Program-made: the position numbers and the translations under genes
Shown here: positions 8,721 through 18,119 of the stretch, in pieces
Position numbering within the stretch: position 1 is the first letter of the stretch
Layout of the letters: each line of letters begins with the position of its first letter
Source of the DNA: Thraustochytrium aureum
Lineage: Eukaryota
Reading direction: 5' to 3'
Length of the DNA stretch: 20,000 bases
Assembly (NCBI GenBank): GCA_012862495.1
Contig: BLSG01000058.1
Location: forward strand, 204,700-224,699
Notes under the pieces: model-generated
Databases searched by the model: none
What the model was told of the DNA's origin: nothing
Seen by the model: only the letters and a program-made list of their open reading frames with translations

Positions 8721-11539
8721 CTAGACCTGCTCGTGCTCCCGAGTTGCGTGCTGGTTGACTCGCCCCATCTCGGCGTAGGACCCGAGCTGCGGGTCGAGGA
8801 CCTCTAGAATGACAATTGAGTGCAGAACGGACCGGTCCCTGCTCACCCAGTTCATTCGCGTAACGCGCTGGTCCCCAATCATGTGCGTGAGCACAATCTT
8901 GTTGTCTTCCACCCAGGCTCGGTAGGTCCAACCCTGCGAAAGCTGGGAGAAGGGCGGCGGAAGCGAGATCCCCCAGTGGTGCAGCTCGCCGTCCAGCGTA
9001 AACTTGAGCGTCGTGTTGCTGATCCACTTGCGGTTCAGTCGCGTGATCATTTCGTACCCGTTGACCTCGATCTCGAAGCGCGACTCCATGAACTCAAACA
9101 TCTTGCTGAGAATCCAGGGCGTCCCCATTTTGTTCCGCATGTCCTGCATCGCGTGCTCCGACTCCTCGGTCTGACGCCACCTACCCTGGATGTTGGGCAC
9201 TCGCACGTACCCCGGCCCCTCTAGGTAAAGTGGCCCTTCCAAGTACGCAGGCCGCCTGTCCACGTCGCGCGCACCAAGCCCAGCCGAGGAGGACGAAGAG
9301 GACACCAGCGACGTAAAAGCCCCGATTGCAGACGTGAGGAGACTGGAAGACCCGCTGCTTTGATGCGAAGCGGTGGGAGGGGCGCGCTTGTGAGCTGGGT
9401 GTAGCATTGTGGAAGCAGGGTCCAAGCGGGGCTGGGCGCCACCTCCGTGCTGCCCGGAGTGCGAAGGAATACCTGCATTATTGACGGCCGATGACGAGAC
9501 GGACCCGCCAGCCACAACGCCCTTCCCCGTCGCCTTGTTGAAGACCCGGTCAAACTCGGCCCGACTGATGTTGCGACTTCGGCGGTACGAGTCCATGTGC
9601 TCCTGGACAAGGCGAAGGAACCCGTGGTAGTTTGGCGTCGCGTTGCGAGCCTGCCGCGTCAGCTGTTCCACAGCGCGGGAGAATCCTGACTCGTTGCGCA
9701 TGTACAGCGCGACGTCGTCCAGCATCTGGTCGCTCAAACTGCGCTTCCGGCCCTGCAGTGGGGCCTCTTCGGAGCCTACGCCCTCAAACGAAGACCCGGC
9801 GCCACCCTGATCATGATCAATAGGAGCCCCGCCTAGGTCTGTCCCTGCAAGCTCCGGAATCCCAAAGTCTGAGCTCGGACCGCCAGCAAACAGTTCGCTC
9901 GAGCCGGCATCGCCGTCCTCCTCGCCAAACCCCATGTCAGGCAGCATTTGGAAAAAACCAACAATATCCATGTCAGACAGCTCATGCTCGCTGTGCCCAG
10001 GGCCCTGTCCCACGTGGCCTTGGCCAGACCGCCCTTGGTCCAGGCCAGCAAGCCAAGGATCACCAGCGGCAGGCCTGCGGGCCTGCTTCGCTTCGTGCTC
10101 TTGCTGCTGCTGAATCCGGCCCATGATAACCGCAAGGCGGCGCATGATCCCTTCGAGCCGGTTCGAGTCGGCCCCACTCGTCGAGAACTGCCGCCTGCGA
10201 GCAGGCGAGACCAAGACGGAGGGGGCGCCTCGCCCGTGCCTGGGGGCCCAGACCGCGCTGTCTGAATCGGGGCCGGCGGGGGGAGCGGTGGGGGCCACGC
10301 CTCGCCATCTGGCACTCCACCGCTCGCGTGAGCTCCGAGCGGCCCCATCGGATGCGGCTCCAGCTTGACCTTGACAGGGTCCGGTTCATCTTCTCCCTCG
10401 TCATTGTCGCCGTCCTCAGCGGACCGGGCGCGCTTGAACGGGACGGCAGTCGGCGCGGAGGGAGCCAACGTAAACCGACGGCGGCGACGACAAAACAGCA
10501 TAAAGCTTGGGCTTTGGAAAATGAGGCGGCAGCACAGGATGCCTGGATCCCGTTCTGAGGCCTCGAACACGTAGCATTGCAAGGCGTGCTCAGCGTTGCA
10601 CGTATGTTTGTTGGACGCCCAGCCGTAGTGCCACCCGCGGCGCTCCTTGTTGAACTCGAACGCGGAAACCGTGTCGGTGCACTTTTCGACCAGCCGCTCG
10701 CCCCTCACCCACGGCTTGATCGGCTCGTCTTTGGAACGCTCCATGGACTGTGCCTTGGCAAGCGACATTGTGTCACCTACAGCGAACGGCGGGGGGTCGT
10801 TGCGTTTCACAAACTCGATCCACGAGTAAACTGCGCTGCTTGCTGACAAGCTCCCGTGCGCGAGCTCGACCTCGACGGACCGCCCGCAAAAGCCCCTCTC
10901 CTTGTGGCGAAACCCGCACGACGGAAAGCATCGCAGGTTTTTCAGCCCTCCACGCTTGTTGTTGCGCTGATATCGCGCCTTGAATATATCATTGTGGAAC
11001 TTGCCGCTGAGCGGTGGCTCCTCCAGACGCGCTCCCTGCGAGTGGGCGGCTGCGCGTGGGTGGGCAAAGTGCCTTCCGTGCCTGGCGCCTTCCGCGTGGT
11101 GGAGGTCGTCGTGCAGACGGTGTGGCTGAGCTTGCCTTTGAGAGAGCTCTGCCGCGGGTCCACCATGGGGTGCGCCAACGTCCAGATAGTGACTCGCTTG
11201 GGGCCCTTGGCCAGTTGGGGCGCGGGCCACCCTTGCCCTGCCGCCAGCGCCTTGCTGGCGAGACGAAAACGCCAGCGGTTCATGCAGCGCCTCGTGCGTC
11301 TGGTCGAAGGCGTGCGCTGGCCCGTCACCTTCGTTAAAGTAGTTCGCCCCGTCTGGCTGCGCAACATCGAACCCGCCCTCGAACATTTCAAAAGCAGCGC
11401 TGTCCACGCCGTCGTTCCCATGCTGCTGCTCGTGCTGCATGAAAGGCGGCTGCTCAGTTTGCAGGTGGCTCTGCAAGTACGGGCCGGTTTCAGAGACCTG
11501 CTGGTGTAAGCCCGCCCCTCCCAGCCGTCCGCGTTCCAT
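8721..11539 (-). CDS. Multidomain protein: low-complexity N-terminus, Cys/His basic putative DNA-binding domain, helical region, C-terminal FABP/calycin-like barrel; one frame break near 10190-10320
   Basis: Two long overlapping same-strand ORFs (9833-11539 and 8721-10298). The first is protein-like to about 10300 and the second from about 10230. One added base, or a 59-nt GT-AG segment 10262-10320, joins them into roughly 920-940 aa. Confidence 0.75.
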
Positions 11540-11688
11540 ATCTCGAGCCCCGCAACGCAGGCAGTCACCAGCCGATCAGCCACCTAGCCAGCCTGCCTGC
11601 CAGCCTGCAAGCCGGCCCGCTAGCCGGCCGGCTCACCGGCCCGCGCAGCAGGCAGCCGGCAGCTCGAGCGCCCAGAGCCGAGCGAGCG

Positions 11689-11736
11689 AGCGCTCCGCAG
11701 CAAGTCAGCGAGCCAGCGCTCCGCAGCAAGTCAGCG
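11689..11736. repeat. 22-bp direct repeat x2 (AGCGCTCCGCAGCAAGTCAGCG), period 26
   Basis: Identical copies at 11689-11710 and 11715-11736. Confidence 0.9.
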
Positions 11737-11826
11737 CCGCCGCCGCGTCCACCGGGTGTCAGCCGCCCGCGTCTCGCGCCCAGCGACCGAGCTGCCGTGG
11801 CACCGCCTGGCGTTCTGACACTGCCG

Positions 11827-11827
11827 G

Positions 11828-11858
<31 letters not shown>
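11827..11858. repeat. (GCCT)n microsatellite
   Basis: About 8 tandem GCCT units. Confidence 0.95.
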
Positions 11859-11860
<2 letters not shown>

Positions 11861-12000
11861 CCCTGCTCGCAGTCGCTTCGGGGAAACCGCTGCGGCATAC
11901 AGGCGCTGGCGACAACAAGCGCATCGGGAAAACACACTGGCCAATTCGGCCAGGAGAGCCTCGGCAGGCTCTTTTGCCGGCTTGCACCGCACGCACAGAA

Positions 12001-12053
12001 GCACGCAAGGAGCACGCAAGGAGCACGCAAGGAGCACGCACGCACGCACGCAC
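12001..12053. repeat. 11-bp tandem repeat (GCACGCAAGGA)x3.5 followed by (GCAC)n
   Basis: Directly visible. Confidence 0.95.
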
Positions 12054-12411
12054 TTGGCGCTGTGCTGGTGAAGGGGATGCGACGGGGGCTGCAACCTGGT
12101 GCCGCGAGGGTCGAGCGTGGCATTGTGCTGCGACGCTGATCATGCCGCCGCACGGGTTGGTTGCGTGGGCGCGTGTGGATGGGGACGCCGAGACCGGCCT
12201 CCTACAACGCACCCTCAAGACACCAGGCCATCGTCGCAACTGCAGGAGCAGGAAAGTGCAACCTTGCCGGCAGATCGACTGTGGTCGTGGACATCCATCC
12301 ATCCTCCGCCAGCCGGTCGTCCCGCGAGGTCTGGAGGCCGTTGGCGCGCTGCAGCTCTGGCGCGCTGCTGTTGTGCGGCCGCCGGGGCAGCGCGGCTCGA
12401 GTCGGAGGGAC

Positions 12412-13398
12412 TCAACCAGCATTTTCTGGCGACCAAGTCGTTGCAACGACTGCAATGTCTCCACTGGCAGAGAGCAAGAAGGCGCTTTCAAGATACTCCG
12501 AGCTCCTCTCGATGAGTAGAGTTACTCTGAGGATGTGCGCTGGCACAAGCTTGCGCTCGATTTGGTCGAGCAGAGCGTTACCGGTAGGGTTGCATGGGAG
12601 CGACAGCCGCGCGCGCCAGCACCACGGCGATCGACGGCGCCGGTTTCCTCTCGCTCTTTTTCGATGGACAAGCAGCGCGCTCGGTGCGCGCAGCGCGACC
12701 GCGCTTGTTCGTTTGTACGCGTTCACCCCAACCAAACCGAACGCGAGCGAGGTCTCCAGGCGCTCCTCGAGCACAACCCGCGGCGCCCCGTGCGCGCCTG
12801 GCAGCACGCTGGTCGGCGAGCAGGCTCCTCGCTGCCGCCTGGCTGGTCGGGCCGCTGGCAGGCGTCTGTTCCAATTGCTCGCCGGTGCGGCCAACGGATC
12901 TCTTGGTGTGAATGAGGCGATAGAGCGGGTGGAGTTGGCCTGGCAGCGGTCGTGCATGCAGAGCTCAAGCCAGGGCCTAGGCCAGCAGGGCGCGCGAGAA
13001 AACTGGATCTGACGGGACCAGATCTGGATGTGCTCGCGGTGCTCTGTTCTGGCTTGCACGTTCACGGAAGACTTGCTCGAGGCTGTACGTGCCCTTGGTG
13101 TTGACGACGGCGACCGGCGCGGTGCCTGCGAGCCAGGTCGCATTCGCTTGCGAGGCCTGCCGGTGCGACAGGGGGCTAGGGCGTGGCGAGATGGAGGTCT
13201 TCGCTGGGAGTAAGCGGCAACGACGGTCGAGAGCCAAGCAAAAGGCGATGTGGTCGCCCGTGAAGAACCTTGCTTGCAGGGGGCGCCCCTTGAATGTAGC
13301 AGACGAGCTCCAGCCTCAAGTAGCCATCTCGAGGAAGAAGAGAAGGACAGTGCTGGTTCCGCCAGCTCAGTAAGGATGGAGATCAGTCGCCCGCGCAC
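12412..13398 (-). CDS. Possible hypothetical protein, exon structure unresolved
   Basis: 328-codon open frame with protein-like patches (PRVVLEERLETSLAFGL; NALLDQIERKLVPAHILRVTLLIERSSEYLESAFLL). No family recognised, and long ORFs arise easily at this GC content. Confidence 0.3.
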   Translation of the reverse strand: MRGRLISILTELAEPALSFSSSSRWLLEAGARLLHSRGAPCKQGSSRATTSPFAWLSTVVAAYSQRRPPSRHALAPCRTGRPRKRMRPGSQAPRRSPSSTPRARTASSKSSVNVQARTEHREHIQIWSRQIQFSRAPCWPRPWLELCMHDRCQANSTRSIASFTPRDPLAAPASNWNRRLPAARPARRQRGACSPTSVLPGAHGAPRVVLEERLETSLAFGLVGVNAYKRTSAVALRAPSALLVHRKRARGNRRRRSPWCWRARLSLPCNPTGNALLDQIERKLVPAHILRVTLLIERSSEYLESAFLLSASGDIAVVATTWSPENAG

Positions 13399-14318
13399 GC
13401 GCCGAAAAGAAACAAGCGACGAAGACGCGGTGATGGCCGCAATCCCTCCTCAGGGCGAGCTATGCCAACACGACGCCGCAAACGGGTCCGCACACAGCCT
13501 GTCCATAGAGCTCTCGGTCGACCAGCTCTTCCTCCTTCTCGCGGAGCCTTCGCACGCCCTGCAGTTGCCAGTACCACAGTGCATTGACAAGGTGCTTGCT
13601 GCCCTTGGCCAGCAAGAGGAAAGCACACGAGCCCAAGTTCTATTGCGGGCTGGACGCAAAACCGCGCTAAATCTTGAAGATTTTAAGAGCGTCATCGCAC
13701 CAGTTCTCCTAGCCGCGAAACAGACCCTGGACACGTTGCGCGGAACTGCAAAGGGTGATCAGGCTGCTGCTGTCTCCAGGGTCCAAGTTTTTCTGGTAAG
13801 TAGTCTATGCGCAGAGCTCGCGTGCCGCAGCGCGCCCCTGCGACTGCGCGGCTTTCGCCCCTTTGAGCGTACGCTGACAGCCAATCCCTCAGGGCGGGGC
13901 GTGCAATCCGACCACGTGGCGGAAAGCAATCGCAATTCCAAGGTTGCAGCGCGCCGGCGTTTCGTTTTTCAACCCGCAGGTGGAAGAGTGGTCGCCGGAG
14001 CTCGTCTCAGTTGAGGCAAGAATGAAGGCCGATGCCGAGATCCTTTTGTTTGTGATCGGGTCGCAAACGAGGTCTGTTGCGTCGATGATTGAGGCGGCAG
14101 AGTCTATTACCTCGGGGCGGCGCATGGTCCTCGTTATTGAGCCACTTGTTTCGAGTGCCTCGGATGCCTGTGCGGCGTTCTCCCCAACAGAGCTCAAGGA
14201 CCTCGGCCGCGGCCGCGCGTACCTCGCTGATGTCGCTCGGCGCCATGGCGTGCATGTTTTTGACGATCTGCTAGTGGCCCTCGAGGCAGTTGTATCCTTT
14301 GCCAAGGAGACCAGCTAG
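13376..14318 (+). CDS. Raw-like protein, nucleoside 2-deoxyribosyltransferase-like (Nuc_deoxyri_tr2 type) domain; join(13376..13795,13893..14318)
   Basis: Removing intron 13796-13892 gives VQVFL|GGACNPTTWRKAIAIPRLQRAGVSFFNPQVEEWSPELVSVEARMK...LLFVIGSQTRSVASMIEAAE...DLGRGRAYLADVA, the motif series of Drosophila Raw-type domains. The start codon is uncertain because the frame is open further upstream. Confidence 0.88.
13796..13892 (+). other. Spliceosomal intron (97 nt)
   Basis: GTAAGT donor, GCTGAC branch site and CTCAG acceptor. The splice reconstitutes VFLGGACNPTTWR. Confidence 0.93.
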
Positions 14319-14831
14319 CGGCCAAGCAGAAGCTGCGCTGCTGGTTTCTTCGCTGCTTGGTTCGCCTCTTTCGCTTCGTTGAATACAAGCAGTTTTTGAT
14401 GTCGTTGATGTTGGCCTGGGGTATCTCTTGCCCCGTGACTTTGGCTCTTCATGTTGGCCTACTCTACTCAGAGTACCTTACTGACTGTACACCGGCTGTG
14501 GTGGATCCTTCGCTCAGTGTACCGCGCGCCGTCCAAACAGCGCGGCACGCGGTGTAGTGCAGCGCCAAGCCCAGTCCCTCAAAAGTCCAGCCTGCCAGCG
14601 TACGCAAGTCTGCAGGTCAGTCAGTACTCGAGCACTAGAGTTCTCACCCACGCAGCTCAGCAGCAGTACCGAGCGCACGCTTTGCATCCTGCTGCGTGCG
14701 GCGCCGAGGCTCGCCAGCCGCGACGACCACGGGAGCGCCCAGCCGTGCGCTGGTCCGCATCGGGGCTCGCAGCCTTGTCAGGTTTCTACGTGGAGTTGTC
14801 GTCGAGTATCCATCCTACTCACCGGTAGAGT

Positions 14832-15108
14832 ACTTTGCTCGAGTTGTACAGCACGTCGAAAGTCGAGGACCTTGTCGCCCGCCAGTGCAGGACGGCCTCG
14901 CGTGCACTGGCAGCCTGGCGGGCCAAGGCGACGCGCGCAATGAGGAGTCGAGGGAGTCGTTTGGTCCAACAACTACTTACACTTCGACTTTGCTCGAGTT
15001 GTACAGCACGTCGAAAGTCGAGGACCTTGTCGCCCGCCAGTGCAGGACGGCCTCGCGTGCACTGGCAGCCTGGCGGGCCAAGGCGGCGCGCGCAATGAGG
15101 AGTCGAGG
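14832..15108. repeat. Tandem duplication: 122-bp unit x2, period 155 bp, one mismatch
   Basis: 14832-14953 versus 14987-15108 (ACTTTGCTCGAGTTGTACAG...GAGGAGTCGAGG). Similarity continues with indels (TTGGTCCAACAACT). Confidence 0.95.
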
Positions 15109-15359
15109 TAGTACTTGGGTCGTTGGTCCAACAACTTCACATCGACTCGCTCACCCTCCATTGCAACCTGATCATGAGCCTTGCGAAGACGGGACGACGG
15201 ACGCACAAGAGCGCCGCGCAAGGGCTCGCAAGGACCGCCTCGGGTCGCGTGGGTACTCGTGGCAGGCGGACGTGCGTGTGGGTCTCTCTGCCAACAGTGC
15301 CTGGCCTGGAGCGCGAAGTGGAAGGGAGCGCTTGGCTTGCGCTTGAGCGCTTGAGCGGC

Positions 15360-18119
15360 ATGGCGTGCCGCACTTGGCTCGTTGAAGGGCAGGCGCTGGC
15401 CCTGGCCACGCACGGTCTGCGACGCGCTGGCAAGGTGGATGCTGCTTGGCCGTGGGACGCGGCGCGGCGCGGCGCCACGCCTGGCGCGCTGCGGGGGTTC
15501 GCGGTCTCAGAGCTGCGGTTCGAGCTGGACCGGACNNNNNNNNNNNNNNNNNNNNNNNNNNNNNNNNNNNNNNNNNNNNNNNNNNNNNNNNNNNNNNNNN
15601 NNNNNNNNNNNNNNNNNNNNNNNNNNNNNNNNNNNNNNNNNNNNNNNNNNNNNNNNNNNNNNNNNNNNNNNNNNNNNNNNNNNNNNNNNNNNNNNNNNNN
15701 NNNNNNNNNNNNNNNNNNNNNNNNNNNNNNNNNNNNNNNNNNNNNNNNNNNNNNNNNNNNNNNNNNNNNNNNNNNNNNNNNNNNNNNNNNNNNNNNNNNN
15801 NNNNNNNNNNNNCGTCCTGTTCCCCATGGGCTGGGACGCATTCGGACTGCCTGCCGAGAACGCAGCCAGGGAGCGCGGAGTCGACCCCGCCGCGTGGACG
15901 CGCGACAATATCAAGCACATGAAGCTTCAGCTCGAGGCGCTCGGCCTCTCCTTTGACTGGGATCGCGAGCTGGCCACCTGTGACCCGTCCTATTTCTTGT
16001 GGACGCAATGGTTGTTTCTTGAGATGCATAAGGCTGGGCTCGCCTACCAGGCAGATGCTGAGGTGAACTGGGACCCCGTCGATCAGACCGTCCTTGCCAA
16101 CGAGCAAGTCGATTCCGCGGGACGCTCGTGGCGGTCCGGTGCGATTGTGGAGCGCAAGCAACTCCGCCAATGGTTCCTCCGCATCACGGACATGGCTGAC
16201 GGCCTCCTCGACGGGTTGGACGATCTACGCGACGGCTGGCCAGAATCCGTCCTTTCGCTCCAGCGCGGCTGGATTGGCAAGTCTGCAGGCGCAACTGTAT
16301 CCTTCGCCATAGCCTCGGGCGATCCAGCCGGCCCTTGCGCAAACCTGGAGGTTTTCACCACCAAGCCCGAAACACTAATGGGCGCTACCTTCTTGGCCGT
16401 GTCCGAGTCACACCATTTGGCGCGCGCTTTCAGAGGGTCCGAGCCCTGCGATGCCGATAGGCAAGGCTATCGCCTCGAGGTTGACGCTGTGCACCCTCTG
16501 CTCGGCCACAGGTTGCCTGTCTTCGTCGCACCTTATGTCCTCGACGACTACGGCTCCGGTGCGGTTATGGGTGTGCCCGCACACGACGAGCGCGACAGCG
16601 CGTTTGCCGAAGCGCATTGCATTGGCGCTATTGAGGTTATTGATGAGCAGTCTGGACGACTGACAGGGTGCGGGTTCGGCCTCGACGGCCTTCTCGCTGG
16701 CACCGAAGGTCGACAACGAGTTGTCCAGCTGCTTGAGGAGCGTGGTCTGGGCTCGTCGGTCGTCAAGTACAGACTGCGTGACTGGCTCGTCTCGCGCCAG
16801 AGGGCCTGGGGCACGCCGATCCCCATGATCCATTGTGACCAGTGCTCGCCGGGCAGCCCCGTCCCCGTCCCGCTGGACCAACTGCCTTTCACGCAGGACG
16901 CAAAGATCTCTGCTGCAGATGGGCCGATCACGTCACATGCCCGAAGTGCGGCAACCAGGAGGCGTCGCGAGATCCCGATACGCTCGACACCTTTGTTGAC
17001 TCTGCCTGGTACTATCTTAGGTTTTGCGACCCTGCGAACGGCTCGGCGCCTTTTGATTCAAGTGCAGTGAGGGAGTGGATGGGGCGCCGTGGAGTTGACC
17101 TATACATAGGGGGAATCGAGCATGCCATTCTCCATCTCCTGTACGCCCGTTTTGCGAATCGATTTCTCCACTCCAGTGGACTGGCTCCAACGCCGGAGCC
17201 GTTTGACGTGCTCCTCGCGCAAGGGATGGTGCTAGGAAAGACGGCCAAGGCTCGAGCGACCGGCGGGTATTTGAAGCCCGACGAGCTGGTTGGTATGGCT
17301 CCAGACGATGTCGAAGTGGTGTGGGAAAAGATGTCAAAGTCAAAGCATAACGGCGTCGACCCCGACATGGTGATCGAAACCCACGGCGCCGATGTTGCGC
17401 GACTCGCGATGCTCTTCGCTGCCCCACCGGAGCAGGACCTCGAGTGGGACGAAGCAGCATTGCAAGGCCAACGCCGGTTTCTGTCACGTGTTGGCCGACT
17501 AGTCCTCGAAAGCCTTTCCGTCAACGGATTGCCGCCTCGCTCGCACGCAGGCGACCCTGCTTCCAGCGCACGGGTGGACTCAGCCTCGCAAGTCCACGAC
17601 AGCCTCACCCGCGCAAGGCATAGCGCCGTGCAACTCGTTACAGAGCTCGTTTTTGAAAAGCGGGGCTTGAACGTCGCTATTGCCAAGCTGCATGAACTGT
17701 GTAACTCAATTTCGAGGGCGCCGGCTGAGCTGAGAGGGCCTGCGTGGAAGGAGGCACTTGAGGCACTCATCGTCATGCTCGCCCCATTCGCGCCGCACCA
17801 TGCAGAGGAGTTTTGGAGCCAGCTCGGCACGACCGGCTCTGTGCACGCGCAGGCTTGGCCCGCGTACGACGAACAACTTGCACGCCCAAGGCCCTCACTT
17901 ATGGTGGTCCAGGTAAATGGCAAGAAGCGGGCCGTCGTGGAACTGCCTGGTGGAGCTTGCCCTTCCGAGGACGAGTTGGTGAGGGCGGCACTTGAGCAGC
18001 CCAAAGTCCTCGCCTTGCTTTCACAGGGGAGTGTGGCCAAGCACTTTGTGCGCGTGGACAGCAAGACGAACAACTTTGTTGTGAACCTTGTCGTGCCAGA
18101 AGCGAGCCGCACTTGCTAG
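15360..18119 (+). CDS. LARS2: Leucyl-tRNA synthetase, mitochondrial (bacterial-type); gap at 15536-15812 and one -1 frame break near 16920
   Basis: [38 protein letters not shown]1 motifs [10 protein letters not shown] and [72 protein letters not shown] and VVQVNGKKR. The HIGH motif would lie in the gap. The start (15360 or 15439) is uncertain, and both readings give an Arg/Ala-rich presequence-like leader. Confidence 0.95.

Noticed and set aside
13796..14014. Apparent frameshift between ORFs 13250-14014 and 13944-14318
   Set aside because: Fully explained by a canonical 97-nt intron.
14832..15108. CRISPR-like or LTR interpretation of the direct repeat
   Set aside because: There are only two 122-bp copies 33 bp apart, with no spacer array, cas genes or internal retroelement ORFs, and the context is eukaryotic.
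17012..18112. 366-aa antisense ORF (and antisense ORFs over Ku80)
   Set aside because: Ser/Ala-rich shadow of the real gene's codon usage.
15360..18119. LeuRS as a pseudogene or bacterial contaminant
   Set aside because: All visible motifs are intact apart from one indel. The [12 protein letters not shown] and [14 protein letters not shown] forms are mitochondrial-type, and the gene is flanked by intron-containing genes.
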